Shown piece by piece: positions 1 to 14,334 of a stretch of 64,000 nucleotides of DNA; position 1 is the first letter of the stretch; the number at the start of each line of letters is the position of its first letter. The stretch comes from Blastocystis sp. Blastoise. Taxonomy: Eukaryota > Protista > Bigyra: Opalinata. Below the pieces are notes generated by a model. That model saw nothing but the letters and a program-made list of their open reading frames with translations. It was not told where the DNA came from and did no database searches. The translations under genes and the position numbers were made by a program. The stretch spans positions 558,001 to 622,000 of the forward strand of contig JBBPEB010000023.1 of assembly GCA_039096225.1 (NCBI GenBank). The letters run 5' to 3'.

Positions 1-698
1 GTATGTCGCTCTCAGAAATTTTACCTATAAAATGAATATTAAATAATTATAAATATAATTATTTATCAATCTATCTATTTACTTGTATCAATAGTCAACT
101 TTGAAAACTGAAAACTAGATGGAATACGTAATAATTGAGATAAACCTTTCTCTGTATTAATTGTAGAAGATCGTCTATAAAAATATTTATAAGGTAAATC
201 TATCTAGTATTTATAATTAGAATATATACGAGAATACACTGAGTTCTGTTTTATCTAAGAAAATATAATATAAATTGTTAATATATAAATAATATAAATG
301 ATAAACTAATGTAAATAATAATAATAATAATTACCACCATATTTAATAACTACATTATCCTGAATTGAATAATAGATATTGGGACTAGTTTTAACTTGTG
401 TATAATCATCTGAATATACAGCTACATCAAGAACAGCTTCATAAAGTTTAGGCAATTTATTTTCATATTTTCTATCAGAATAAGAATTTTTTATATGCCA
501 ATCAACATTAGTATTTTCTATATCAAAAGAATTATTCTTATTATATTCATCCATCTCTGACTCGGTATAATAATCAAATTTCTCATAATAACCTATACTT
601 TTACCATTATTTTTGCAAAAGCTAATATATTCATGTATATATTCGTCACTATTTGGATTTAATAATATATCACCTTTCAAATAGTTTTCAGCAACAAC

Positions 699-732
<34 letters not shown>

Positions 733-1509
733 CCAAAAATGCTTAGTGTTTTAACTAAGGGGAATATATCTTGAATGCAAGATGGATAAATATATTCTGA
801 TGGTATATTTGGTGCATATTGATCTATATATATGATCATTATTTATTATATACTAATTATATATTTACATCTAATTTCAACATAAGCAATATTCATCATT
901 TTAAAAAGAAACGAATAACGTAATAATTCATCTTTTTGTTGAGGAGTCATTAAGCCTATATATATATCTAAATTATTTGGAGGGATATTAGTATTATATC
1001 TACTATATAAATATATTCTTACCATATATTCTTATTACTTTATTTTGTGAATTAAAGAGTACAGTATGATTAGTCGACAAATCACATTTACCTAAACTAT
1101 AATATTTATTTTTAGATAAATAATTATAGAATAATTCTTCAATATGAAATAATAAATCATTTATTCTTTCGTCTCTCATATCTATTGAATACTCAACAAG
1201 TGCTTGATATATATCAGCGCTGTCATCTAAATCTAATGAATCAATATCCATATTATCGTCTCTTAAAAATTGAATCACTTTGTCCATGCTGAATGAAGGC
1301 ATATCTACAAAAAAGCTACCATCTTCATACTTTTCAGAGTGCTGAATAATATCCTGAAAGGGAAATTGAGGATATTTCTCAATAAATTCTTTAGAAATCC
1401 ATAATTGTTTCTCATCTTGAAAAGTAAATAAGTCTAAACAATAGAATAACAGATTTAATCACATTCATATACATTTCTCTTGAGTTTGCTCGGCTAAAAC
1501 TTCTGACAT
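1..1509 (-). CDS. Multi-exon protein with N-terminal BTB/POZ-like (KCTD-type) region, probable lineage-expanded family; 3' end runs off the window
   Basis: ATG at 1509; GT-AG splicing gives MSEVLAEQTQEK-YLFTFQDEKQLWISKEFIEKYPQFPFQDIIQHSEKYEDGSFFVDMPSFSMDKVIQFL, joining ORFs 1003-1302 and 306-839. BTB call is from pattern resemblance only. Confidence 0.6.
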
Positions 1510-2676
1510 GACTTGCTAAACTATATAAACAAGCAACAATGAGAAGATGAAATGTGTAAAAAATGATATTTTTATGAATATATAACGAATACATGCTTTA
1601 AACTTACCTTATTAAACTAAATTAATAAAATATTTTAATTATTTATGAATAACAAAAATAAAAAAATATGAAACATAAGAGAGTTTCATTTCTATATAAA
1701 GAAATCTTTTAAAAAAACTGTTCAAATACTAGAATTCTAGTATTGCATTTTCCCATGATTAAACGAAAGTTATAAGAATCATGGTTATATAGTCAAAATA
1801 ACTTGAAAAATCTAAATAATTAAAAAAGTATATTTTTAAAAAATATTAAATGGTTATTTCTTTGGTTTCTAGTTCATACAATGGATTATTAGTATTGTTT
1901 TTGTTATAATATACTTGCTGAGATAATTATGAGAATTAAATAAGACTTTGAGAAAGAAAATTTGCGTTTCATAATCTGATATGTTGAATTGTTTTCATGA
2001 AAACGCGATGAAAGTTATTTATTGAATATATCAGAATGTGGAGATAATTATACAAATATATATCTTTTTAATAAAAGAATATCAAGGAAAGATTTGCTGA
2101 TAAATTTCACAGAAATTGAGATTTGAGCATTGTATAGAGATGGATAAGCTCACTTATTTATTCCAATATCAATTATAATCGAATTTAATATTTTTTTAGA
2201 AATGATTATCATCTTTATAACAGAATAATCGCTTATCAAGTCATAGAATTTATTGAACACTTTATTTTCATCTGAAATAAAAATTAATTGAGAATCAATT
2301 AAGAGAATAGATCTAATGATTTATATAATTTTTTATTAAACTTGTTATCTAGATATATTCAATAAATGTACTTTAGTTATATATGCATATACAACTGTAT
2401 TAAAGTTCATGTTATTCAGATAATATCAACTGATAAAAATGAAAACAATTTTAATGATTATTTGGTCAATTATAAATTATATATATATATTTTTGATTAC
2501 ATTTAAATAAATATGATATGTGATTTTTTATGTTATTATATACCTTATAATAATAAAATACATATTATATTATTTTATTTTATTCTATATAATCAATTAG
2601 TTATACATTTATGTAATGATTCAATTGGTAAATAATGTAATATTATTATATTTTAATTATATTCAATGTTTACTCG

Positions 2677-2717
<41 letters not shown>

Positions 2718-3845
2718 AAAACGAAGCTCTATAAGTGTTGAACGAACTTAAAATGAAGAATGTAAATAATTATACTATTGACAAAAAAAAATATGATATA
2801 TAATGTTGAGAAATATATTTATTGTATTGTAATTATTAATAATTATTAAAAATGTAAAAAAAAATCGATTTGATAATAATTAGGTAATATTATCTAGATA
2901 AATATGTATAGTTATTATTTTGGATTATTAATTAATAATGAAGGAATGTTTATTTGATATATAAATAATGAGATATGATATAAATAACATACATAAATGT
3001 TATTATTAATGGTAATTTAGAAAATAAGAAATGTTGATTTGAGAATAATGTGAGAAACAGTATATTTATTATTGAAATAATATATGATTGTTAAAGAAAA
3101 AGAAATGTTGATTTAATAATAATTTTAGAAATACTATATAGAATATATTATATATAGCTATTATTATTGTTTATTTGTTTTAGAAATATTGTATTGAATA
3201 TATGTATTAGTTTTTATAATAACATAAGTATTCTAGAGAATGATCAATTATATATATATATATATATAATAATAATAAAAGTGTAATGGAATTGTAAAAA
3301 TTATATATATATATATATATATATAATTATCCATGAAAAATCATCAAAGAAAAACTTGTAATAAGAATATGATACAATATACATATATAGAATACTTATA
3401 TACTACTTTTTCTATGTTAAAAAAAAAAGTAAATACATAATATAAAAAGAAATTGAGAGAAATTAAGTATAAGGAAAAATAAAAATATAATATATTGGAT
3501 TTAAAAAAATGTTATTTAAATAATATATACAAAAAAATAATAATAATAAAACTTTTGTATATACTTATAGATACATTGAGATTAATGAAATATTTATAAT
3601 AAATGAAGAAAATATACAATGTTAAACTATATAATAAAAAATAGGTATAATGAGTATATAATTTACAAATAAATAAATAAATAAATAAAAAACATGTTAA
3701 ACTATATTATAAAAAGATATGTGTATTATAAATATATACTTGAAAAAAAGAAATAATAAAAAAATATTAAACAATAGAAGAATAAATATTTGAAAAAAAC
3801 ATAAGAGAATTATAATTGAGTTAGCTTACTAATAAATCTCATTAT

Positions 3846-6800
3846 TTATTGAGATATAATATTTGTAATAAGAGAAGTATGTTTAATAGAAATAATATTC
3901 TTTAATTTTTCTTCAAATAATGATTTATCTAACCAAGTTCCATCTGTAGGATTAGGTAGAGATATTTCTTGAGGGAATGAAATAAAATAATTTATAGTAA
4001 TAATTTGAATACTTTCTTCTTTAGAAGATTGAATGTTTATTAATCTTAAATTTAATATAGGAATATTAACATTCTTTAAAATAGATCTATATATATTAAT
4101 TTTAGTTTCAGGTTTAATCCATGTATTTTCAGCTCCTTCAATTCTTATTGATAATTCAATTAATTGATTCTCATCAATAGTTGATGATAATACAGGAATC
4201 AAATAATAGTTTAATTGTTCTTGCTTACAGAAGTATGTTTCATAATGATGTATAGATTCATCTTGTATATCTATTAAATAATAAGTATTCATTTGAATTA
4301 ATTGACTATCATCATTATTATATTTACAATATCCATTACTATTCATATTTGTAATAATATTAGAAACTAAGGATGGAGACTCAGTAGACATAATAATATC
4401 GTTTTTATATGATTGTATTTTAGAAGTAAATGAAGAAGAAGAAATATAAGATCCAATATTTGAACCATAATAAACATGAAGTAAAGAATTTGATAACTAT
4501 AGATAATAATAGTATATTTACATGAATAGTTATAGAAAAAAATAATATATATATATATATATACATCATTAGTATCACTAGTATAATTAGTAGTAAGGAA
4601 TAAATCTGTTAATTGATATGAATATGTTTGAATAAATGATTGGGACATAGAATATAATAAATCTAAAATATTATTTATTGTTGAAGGCACTTTTATAGAA
4701 TAATCTAAGATTTGTACTACTTTTCCTGTAGTCAATGAAGGACGATTATCTATATAATAATAAATAAATAATAATAAATATAATAATAATAATAATAATA
4801 ATATAATAATAATAAATAAATAATAATATAATAATAATAATAATAAATAAATAATAATAAATAATAATAAATAATATATAATAACATACAACAAAGATCA
4901 TTATTAATATCATTAGACCAAGTAGGTATATTGGATATATAATCACATAAGACATGATAATAACCATATTGATTTTCATTAGTACAATTGACAACAGCAT
5001 TTTTATATAAATCAGTTTCAGGATATACATAGGAATCAAGAGTTTTAGCAGGACAAGTAGTACTACTAGCAACACATTCATTATTACTAACAACTTCATT
5101 ATCATTACAAGGAGTACAATCAATATTAGCACCATTAGATGAAGTAATAATACCATTTACACATTCTGTACAAATACCACTATTATAATATGTATTACCT
5201 ATACAAGCAACACAACTACTCATATTAGGTTCCTCCCAATTGAGATCACTATTACAATATCTACTTATACTACCTGTATATCCTATAGGACAAGGAATAG
5301 AAGCAGTAGTAGAAGACTCAGTTTTTGGCCAATCTCCTTCAGCAGAACAAAATGGTTCAAAAACTTCTATAGATAAATCATATGTTGCTATATCCTCCTC
5401 ATCATTAGTAAAAGAAAGAGTATAAGTAGTAGCAGGTGATAAACTTGTAGGAGTACCATAAATTCTTTTTGATACATTATCTAAAGTTAAGCCACTTGGA
5501 AGAGAAGGATTAACAGTAATATCAGCATCTAAAGCATCTATACTATAATATTGTTCATAACTAGTATTTATAAGCAGTTTTAGATTTGTTTCTTTGAAAT
5601 ATAATGTTGTAGGAAGCATTTTTATACATGTAGTATCACCTGTGATATAGTCTATTGTCTTAACATTACATAAACCTTCTGCGTCACTATAATAGCCTTT
5701 TTCACATCTTCTAAATGAATCTTCAGCACTATATGAGAAATACCAATTATCAAAAGCACATCTACCTCCACTAATTAAACGATCAAAAATAGCATTCGAT
5801 ATAATAGCTTGATTTCCTCTTAATGATTCTTCTAAACTAGTATCGACTCCACATTCATTTATAATTAGTCTATAACTATTAGCGAAAATAATTTCAGTAC
5901 TAAAAAGATCAATATCAGTATCCAATTCAGAAAGAGATCCTTTTATTACCATAGTCCAAGATTGACTATTTTCATCATATACTTCAAAGGTAACAGACTT
6001 AGGTGAGTAAGATAAACTTTCATACATATATCTTGAAAAATAATATTCATTTACTCCATAATATAAATGATCATTAAATGTAAAAGTTAGAATAGTACCT
6101 GCACAAGGTCTATGAATAAGAACATAAGTCTCAGTATCATAATCATCTAAATTTGTTAATGGATATTCTTCATCTACATCACCATTAGCAGTCCATTCAC
6201 CTGGGAATTCAGGTATATCATTACTGGTATAATAACGTAATATAACATGGAAACCAAATGATGGTTGAATGATAGTATTCTTTTTATGTATTTCAATTGC
6301 AATTACATTATCTCCAATAAAATTTAGTTGTGGATAGAATTGACTATTTGGAATTGTTCTATATAATGTATATTCATTATATTCGGAAGTAGCTAAGCTA
6401 TCATATTCAATATCAGCATCATAATCCATATTAATCCTTCTTATTTCTTTACCATTTATATATAGAATCATACCAGCATATGTATATGCTTGTATATCTA
6501 ATCTATCTACATCATTAAAACTATGATCTGTAGTATAATGTATTCTATAATATTGAGTAGTACTATCTTCAGGTATATCAGGAAGAGAAGAAGAAGAAGA
6601 AACAGTAGACCATAAATCATCATTAAATAGATTAGTAGTCCAATGTTCAGGAGGATTTATATTATCATAAGAATACGTAATAGATGTAGTAAAAGAATCA
6701 AATAAAACTTGATCTGCATAATCATCATCTAATCGTCTTTTTTTATCTAATTTTTTATGATTTATTTTCATATTCTTAAATATATTAGCATTATTATTCA

Positions 6801-7018
6801 ATATATTTTCATTATTATTCGCCATTACAAGATAAGTAACATCAAAAATAGAGAGGAATTCAGGATGATCTTCAGTAGTATGTAATTCTATAGCTATATG
6901 TAATGTAGAAAGAGAAACAGAGGTAAGCATTTCTTTAGAAACAAAAATACTATATAAAGGATTTATAAAGAAATAAATAATAATAATATTAATAATAATA
7001 ATAATAAACATAATAATA

Positions 7019-7050
<32 letters not shown>

Positions 7051-8210
7051 TAATAATAATAATAATAATATATTAATATCAATAAACATAATAATAATAA
7101 TAATAATAATATAATATAATATATATACTATTTATAACTAGGTATATCTTCAAGAGATGTAGAAGAACCATTTTCATTATTTTTTGAGGAACTATAAATT
7201 ATATTTAATTAATATTTTATAACATAAAAAATATATAAAAATAAGAATAAATATATAAAAATAAGAATAAATAAATAAACTAAACATACTCAGGTAATAA
7301 ATAAGTATACACTTGAATTCCATTTATATAAACAATAAATCCACTTTGACTTTGAACAGACAATTGAAGACCAGTAAATGAATCATCTACAGTTATATCC
7401 TTTCTAAAATAAACACTAGAACCAGCATTCTTGATTTCTTTATTGTTATAGTCTTCACCCCATTCTTCTATCTTATTCTCCTTCCAAGAAGCAGTATCAA
7501 CAATAGTAGAATATTTCCAATTAGCACTTGATGAAAGAAGAGAAGATACTATATAAATAATACTTGTAACTGTTATATATAGAGAATATATAAAAAATAA
7601 TAAACATAATATATAAAAAAACATATAAAAATATATATATATAAAATTATATATATTCATTTATAAAGCAAAAAAAATCTAGATAAACACAGAAAAATAT
7701 ATTAAAAATATTAAAAAAATATAAATACAATTAAATTTAATAATTTTCTTTCCATTATCAATTTCATCTAATCTAGAATTAACAAGAATAATTTTGTTAT
7801 ACATCAAGGAGATAGAAGACTTATCAGCCCAAGCAGCGGAGTTCCTGAAAAGAAATTAATTATAAAAAAAAAGATAAAATTTAAATACTTTGAATATAAT
7901 TCAAGATTATAATCCTTATTTCCATCTAAACAGACTTTATTATCAACTTGGGATTCTTGTTCCATAGAGGATCTATCAAAAAAAACAAGGGAAGTTCTCA
8001 AATTAGAAGAGTCACCTGAATAAAGTTGAACGATTTCACCAGAATTTCTCGCATAGTGTCTTTGGATAACGACCATGTGCTCATCAATGGAACAGGACTC
8101 AACAACTAGAGAACAAGAATGATAATGGTAGTTCAATGCTGAATATATAAACAAGTTGACTTACTTATAAGACTCATCATAAAAATGAGTATAGCACTTG
8201 AGATCTTCAT
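3846..8210 (-). CDS. Large secreted mosaic protein: signal peptide, galactose-binding-like jelly-roll domains, putative Ig (He_PIG) domain, Cys-rich HormR-like repeats
   Basis: ATG 8210 MKISSAILIFMMSLI; six GT-AG introns link ORFs 7804, 7280, 4750, 4367 and 3846; motifs VYFRKDI..SGFIVYING, QYYRIHY..GMILYINGKEIRRINM, PSLPSGLTLD..IYGTPT, CSAEGDWPKT..CPIGYTGSISRYC..W. Confidence 0.75.
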
Positions 8211-8412
8211 TTTATTATATTATTTATAGATAAGAAAAAAACAAATAATAATATGAAAAAAAAAATTTAAAATTACATTTTATATCTTTGCATAGGTATT
8301 CTTTTAGGACAACAATTGTTATGATAACTATATATATTTTATATGAATTATTGACCATAACTAACTTTTTTCTAACATTAACTATTGGGTATTATCATAC
8401 ATGAAGACTTGG

Positions 8413-8447
8413 ATTGGCTAATTGACATTTGGTGGCATTTAGCCAAT
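8413..8447. promoter_or_regulatory. Inverted pair of CCAAT boxes upstream of the secreted-protein gene
   Basis: ATTGGCTAA (8413-8421) and TTAGCCAAT (8439-8447) form a perfect inverted repeat ~200 bp upstream of ATG 8210. Confidence 0.5.
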
Positions 8448-8485
8448 AGAAACAACAGTTTTTCGGAAATATGAGACGGTAAATA

Positions 8486-8816
8486 TGGTTTTATCAATGT
8501 TCGTCACAAAAACTCTCTTGGAGTACAAATTTCCTAAAAGAGTCAGTTTTATGGGTACTTTTAGGCGCAGAAGGCGTAGATAAAAACTCTCTTGGAGTAA
8601 AGACCGTACTCAAAGTACAGTTTGGCGAACCCTGGTTTTATCAACGTTCGTCACAAAAACTCTCTTGGCATACAAATTTGCGAGAAAAATATTTTATATG
8701 TATTTTTAGGTAGGGTTTGCCACAAAGACTCGACTAGGGTGACAAAACTCCGTGAAGAGTTTTTTTTTGGGGATACTTCTGTGGGCTCAAGGCGTAGATA
8801 AAAACTTTCTAGGGTT
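8486..8816. repeat. Degenerate ~73-bp tandem array, 5 units, with 147-bp higher-order similarity
   Basis: Core CGTCACA/CGTAGAT-AAAAACTCTCTTGG recurs at about 8502, 8575, 8649, 8719 and 8793; clearly more GC-rich than the flanks. Confidence 0.8.
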
Positions 8817-9415
8817 CAATCTCTACCCTTTATAGTCTATGGCTTACCCTATTCTTAAATACTTTAGCAAAAGAAAAAAACTTTTTTGATGAACAAACCA
8901 TACTTAGAAAATAATTTTGAAAACATTACCCTTCTACATAATAATGATAATTATTAATAGTAATATAGCCATTTATGATTGTTTTTAGAATTATTTTAGT
9001 TAATATAGATTAATGTATATATTTCTTTAAATTCATACATTTTCAAAAGCTTAAATATGTTTGTTTAATTCAAAAACTGTGTAAGAATTCATTTCTATTT
9101 ATATAATATTATATATAGTCCATAGTTTTTGATAATATATATATTACTTGTGTTGTTTGAATACATTTTCTTTTGTATATAATCTTAAAATTATTTTATT
9201 AAAAAATAATAGTTATTACTTTTTTAACAAAATGAAAAGCATATAACAATGGTTAACTAGCATATATAAGCTTGATCTTCTATAAGAAGGACACAAATAT
9301 ATATATAATAATAAAAAGTGAAATACAAATGAGAAAAAATATATAACAAGAAGTAAATGTAAAAAATAACAAAAATAAAACAGAATATATTCATTTATTA
9401 TACTATTTCTTTCAA

Positions 9416-11071
9416 TTATTCTCTTCCCCATACTTCATAATCTTCTACAATAAAATCATAATATTCATTATTATTTGAAGTATTTGTAAATAAGGATCCT
9501 TTCTGTGGAGTGTTTATAATTGTATAAGATTGAGCTTTGCAATAGGATGAATTATTACTGGTAGCATTATCATTAGGTATATGATGGCAATTATCACCAA
9601 TATAAATATCACAGCCACCTCCAAATACAGGGCCATAAGAGTCCCTTAGCGTTATACCATATTTATTGCCTTTACTAACATGATCATATTGAGTAGGAGG
9701 AATACCATGTTCATTACTTAAAGTAAATAGAAATTCTTTAGAATAGGATTTATATGCTATATATATTATATTTATTAGGTATATAATATAAATTTCGAAA
9801 TATAATATAAATATTATAATATACTTTTTTCTCTAGGTGATTCCCAATCTTGATCTGTATATCCTCCAAATATATTAATATGATTATTATTACCTATATG
9901 CTTAATTAGAGTTACTGTTTCTCCTTTATTATCACAATATTTATGAAATTCACTTGCTTTATATTCATGTTCACTTGCTCTATATATATATGATAATAAT
10001 AAATAATATAATTTATATAAATAACATATATATATATATATACCTAAACAATAATTTCCATTTTTTTTCAGTACCAAGCCAATTTACTAAAGGTGTTTCA
10101 AGATATCTTTTATCTAATATAATTGAAGAAGTAAAACGTTTCAATCGTTCTTCTGTTTCTTCTTTCACTTCTTCTCGTCCTTTCTCACCAAAGATTTCAA
10201 CCATTTCTTTCTCTAATAATTCATTATTAATAGTAATAATCTTATCTTCTTCTATATCTATAGTTCCATTATTTATATATTGAGTAATATATTCAATATA
10301 TTCGTATTTCTTATTCATATATAAACTATCATCTATATGATTATAATCAATAAATCCATTATCATAATTCTTAACATAATTATTCCATAATCCATTCTTT
10401 ACTAAATATTCTTTAATAGTATCATTCTTATTTCCATTAATAATCAATTCTATTTCATCTCCTTCTTCATATTTCTTCTTCTTTGTATCTCTTCGTTCAC
10501 GAATAAATAATAATTCTGCAAAAAGAGGCAAATTACAAAATTCAATTAAATCTAATAGTTCTAATTGTTCTTCATAACAAAAAGAATCAAAATCTACTTT
10601 ATTTCCATTTAAATAATCTAATACATAATACACAAAAACATCTTTTCCAAAATAATCAAGATATATAGATCCATCATTTGCTCTACACTTTTCATTACGC
10701 TGTTCATCAATAAAAGAACCTTTCAAGGAATCTAAAACTGATTTCGATATTTGAAAAATAGGGCCATTACTTGTAAATCGAATATAATCTATATCTTCAT
10801 GACCACATGTACCATTAACATCTATGTTCTCATTAATCTCACTTTCATCAATTGATTTCTTTCCAAATGAACTATTTTCACCTTGATTCTCAACATAATT
10901 ATAATATGAATGTTTTATAATTCTTGTTATGATCATTCCGATATGGACACAAAGCTTCATAATCAATAACATTATCATCATTAAATCTTTCAATATCTCT
11001 TTAAGATCATCACCATTCTCTTTCAATATATCAAATAGATCTAAGCCAAGCAATACATCATTTCTCACCAT
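9416..11071 (-). CDS. BTB-like plus TLDc domain protein
   Basis: Three exons; TLDc motifs WKLLFR-ASEH..FHKYCDNKGETVTLIK, IFGGYT, FLFTL, YGPVFGGGCDIYI, VEDYEVW; N-terminal DGSIYLD..VLDYL BTB_2-like. Start codon uncertain. Confidence 0.85.
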
Positions 11072-11824
11072 TTCTTTGTTTTAGATTAAAACAATAAAAC
11101 ATAACTTTGTTTTTAAATCCTAAAATTTACTAGATATTACTTTTTGAGTACTAGGTAGGGTTGAATTTAGCTTTTAATATATTTCAACTGTGAATAAGGC
11201 CTCTTAGCATTTCGTTCTATAATTATAAAAATAAAAGAAAATAACGGTAACGAATATACATTTAAGACTGCTATCACTGCATTTATTCTTTTATTACAGT
11301 TCAGAATAAAATTTTAATAAAGTTCTAGTCAGTTTCAGAAACAGATCTAATATATTCTCGATAATTGAAACTACATTAGACACAATGATTTCAAATTATA
11401 TTTAATTGCGAATGATTCAATCATTTCTATTTATATTCTATTAGATTCACCTTGTGATGCATGAATTATAATCATAATTTCCAATCAATTCTTGATATTC
11501 TAAGAAATTTTATATAATTTTCATTTCTATATTAATAAATAACTATAAATCTAATTTTTATTTCATTACATATTTAAAAACAATGTTGAAAAATAAAATT
11601 AGAAAAATCTTGCAAAGTATTCATTCATATATTTCAGCATAAATAAACATTGACTTATCTTCGTTTCAGATCCAGTTTCTGGAATTTTTTTCTTTTTCAA
11701 ATGTTTACGTCATTATTGAAGCCAATAACAAATAGTTTTATAAAGAATACTATCAATATTCAAAGTATACATGTGATATAGATTGTGAATCCGAATTATT
11801 ATGTTTTTTTCTATAGAATCATTT

Positions 11825-12656
11825 ATGATGTCTTCTTCAGCTAAATTACATCAACTTCGTATTTGATTTATTTTCTCTTATGCATTAAATGAATTAGGTT
11901 CTTTAATGAAAAAAGAGAATATACAAGCGTATGTGGTCCCTACAGGAGATCCTCACTTAAGTGAATATGTTCCTGATGCTTATATGAGACGAGACTGGCT
12001 TACTGAATTTTCAGGAAGTGCTGGATGTGCTATATCTTAATTTATATTTCTTTTTTCTACAATTAATTTTGTTTTTTTTTTATTATTTTATATAGCTGTT
12101 GTAACAGAAGATAAGGCATTATTATGGACTGATGGTCGTTATTGGGAACAAGCTGAAAAACAACTTTCTCAAGAATGGACTCTTATGAAAGCAGGAAAGA
12201 AAGATGTTCCTAAAGTTAAAGTATTATATTATTATGTTTTATGTTTTTCTTTTAATTTATATATATATTATTATTTTTTCTTCTTTTTTTTATTTTATAT
12301 ATCTATTATTATATATATATTTTCTTTTGAATTTATATATATATTATTATTATTTTTTTTTAATTTATATATATATTATTATATATATATATTTTCTTTT
12401 GAGTTTATTATTCTTTATCTATTTAAAATATATGTATATAATTATATTATTATTCTATATATATTAACTACTATATAATCTATATACTAGGATTGGTTAG
12501 CTAGTCATATGTTAAAGAATACTATAGTAGCAGTTGATGGTACTACTTTAAGTAGACAGGAAGGAGATGATATGAAAACCTCTTTAATGAAACAATCTAT
12601 CGTTCTTAAGCATCTTCATAATAACTTAATTGATCAAATATGGATGGATAGACCAC

Positions 12657-12700
<44 letters not shown>

Positions 12701-14103
12701 TCTTTTTATTCTTCTTCTTTTTAGTAGAATATTATTATATTAAAATTTATAATTGTTATGTCTATTTTATGTTTAGTTTTCTTAATAATAATATAGTATA
12801 TATAACTCAAAATATAAATAATATATATAGAATTACCTTGTAGTCCAATTGAAATTATTCCTGTAGAACATTCTGGAAAATCTTTTTTTGATAAAACAAA
12901 TGATATTATTTCAAAAGTCGATAAGAATCATGATGACGCATACTTAGTCACTGATTTATCAGATATAGCTTGGTGTTTAAATGTTCGTGGAAATGATATT
13001 AAAATGAATCCTTTTGTGTATGATATAAATTATATATATTTAATTTGTTATATATATATTTAATTTACTTTATATTTATATATATTATATATTTAATTTA
13101 CTTTATATTTATATATATTATATATTTACTTTATATATATAGAATGTCATGGTTATTCTATACACGTGATGCTCTTCATTTCTTTGTGGATTCATCACGT
13201 GTCACGGAGGATCTTAAAACGCATCTAAACACCATTAACGTCATTTTCCATGATTATAATGATATTTATACTTTTGTATATATATTTTTTTCATATTCTA
13301 TTATTATTCATATATTCTATATTAATATATATATATATTTTTATTCTATTTCTATTTTTAGATTCCTAGATATTTATCAGAAAATCCTTCTTGTAAAGTG
13401 ATATATGATAATAATGAATGCAATTATGCACTTAGTAATCTCATTCCAAATGAAAATCATGCCTCTACTCATGCGTATATATATATATTATACTATTGTT
13501 ATTTAGAATGTTTTTCATTATTATTATTATTTTTCTATTTTTTTTTTATTTTTTTAATTGATTTATTATATATTTTTATCTAGCTTCTATTACAAAAATT
13601 TTTTCCTTTTTTTATTATATATATATATTTGATATATTATTCATTATTTTATATCTTTTTTTATTTCAAAAATTATTTTCTTATTTTATTATATATATAT
13701 ATACTACATATGTAGTTTCATTCCTCTTATGAAAACATGTAAAAATCCCGTGGAAATCTCTCATATTCGTGAGGCATTTATTAAGGACAGTGTGGCTCTC
13801 TCTACTCTTCTTGCTGAGTATATATATATATTATTTTTTTTATTTTTATCATATATATTATTATTATTTTTTTAATTTTATCATATATATTATTATTATT
13901 TTTTAATTTTTTATCATATATATTATTATTTTTTAATTTTTATCATATATATTATTATTTTTTTATTTTTATCATATATATTATTATTTTTTAATTTTTA
14001 TCATATATATTATTATTTTTATCATATATATTATTATTTTTTTATTTTTATCATATATATTATTCTTTTTATTAAGATGAATTGTTCTTTTTATTCTGTT
14101 CAT

Positions 14104-14145
<42 letters not shown>

Positions 14146-14290
14146 TGTCTAATAATATACTTAAAGATATCCCTCAAAAAGAAATGGATGCTGCATTTAA
14201 ATCAACAGAATACCGCGCAAGAATAGCGGGTGCTGTTGATGATAGGTATATATATAGTATAAGATACTATATAATAATGTCAATATAAAT

Positions 14291-14334
<44 letters not shown>

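Noticed and set aside
1601-1612. U1 snRNA 5' end (ACTTACCT)
   Set aside because: No U1 structure follows; better read as a minus-strand 5' UTR splice donor.
1600-3820. Transposon or hidden gene in the long AT-rich spacer
   Set aside because: No ORF or terminal repeats; only short local duplications and TA runs.
8486-8816. CRISPR array
   Set aside because: Repeat cores are degenerate, linkers are related to each other, there are no cas genes, and the context is eukaryotic.
12032-12095. U12 intron starting ATATCTTAA in aminopeptidase P
   Set aside because: No branch motif and no frame-restoring AC or AG acceptor for that donor.
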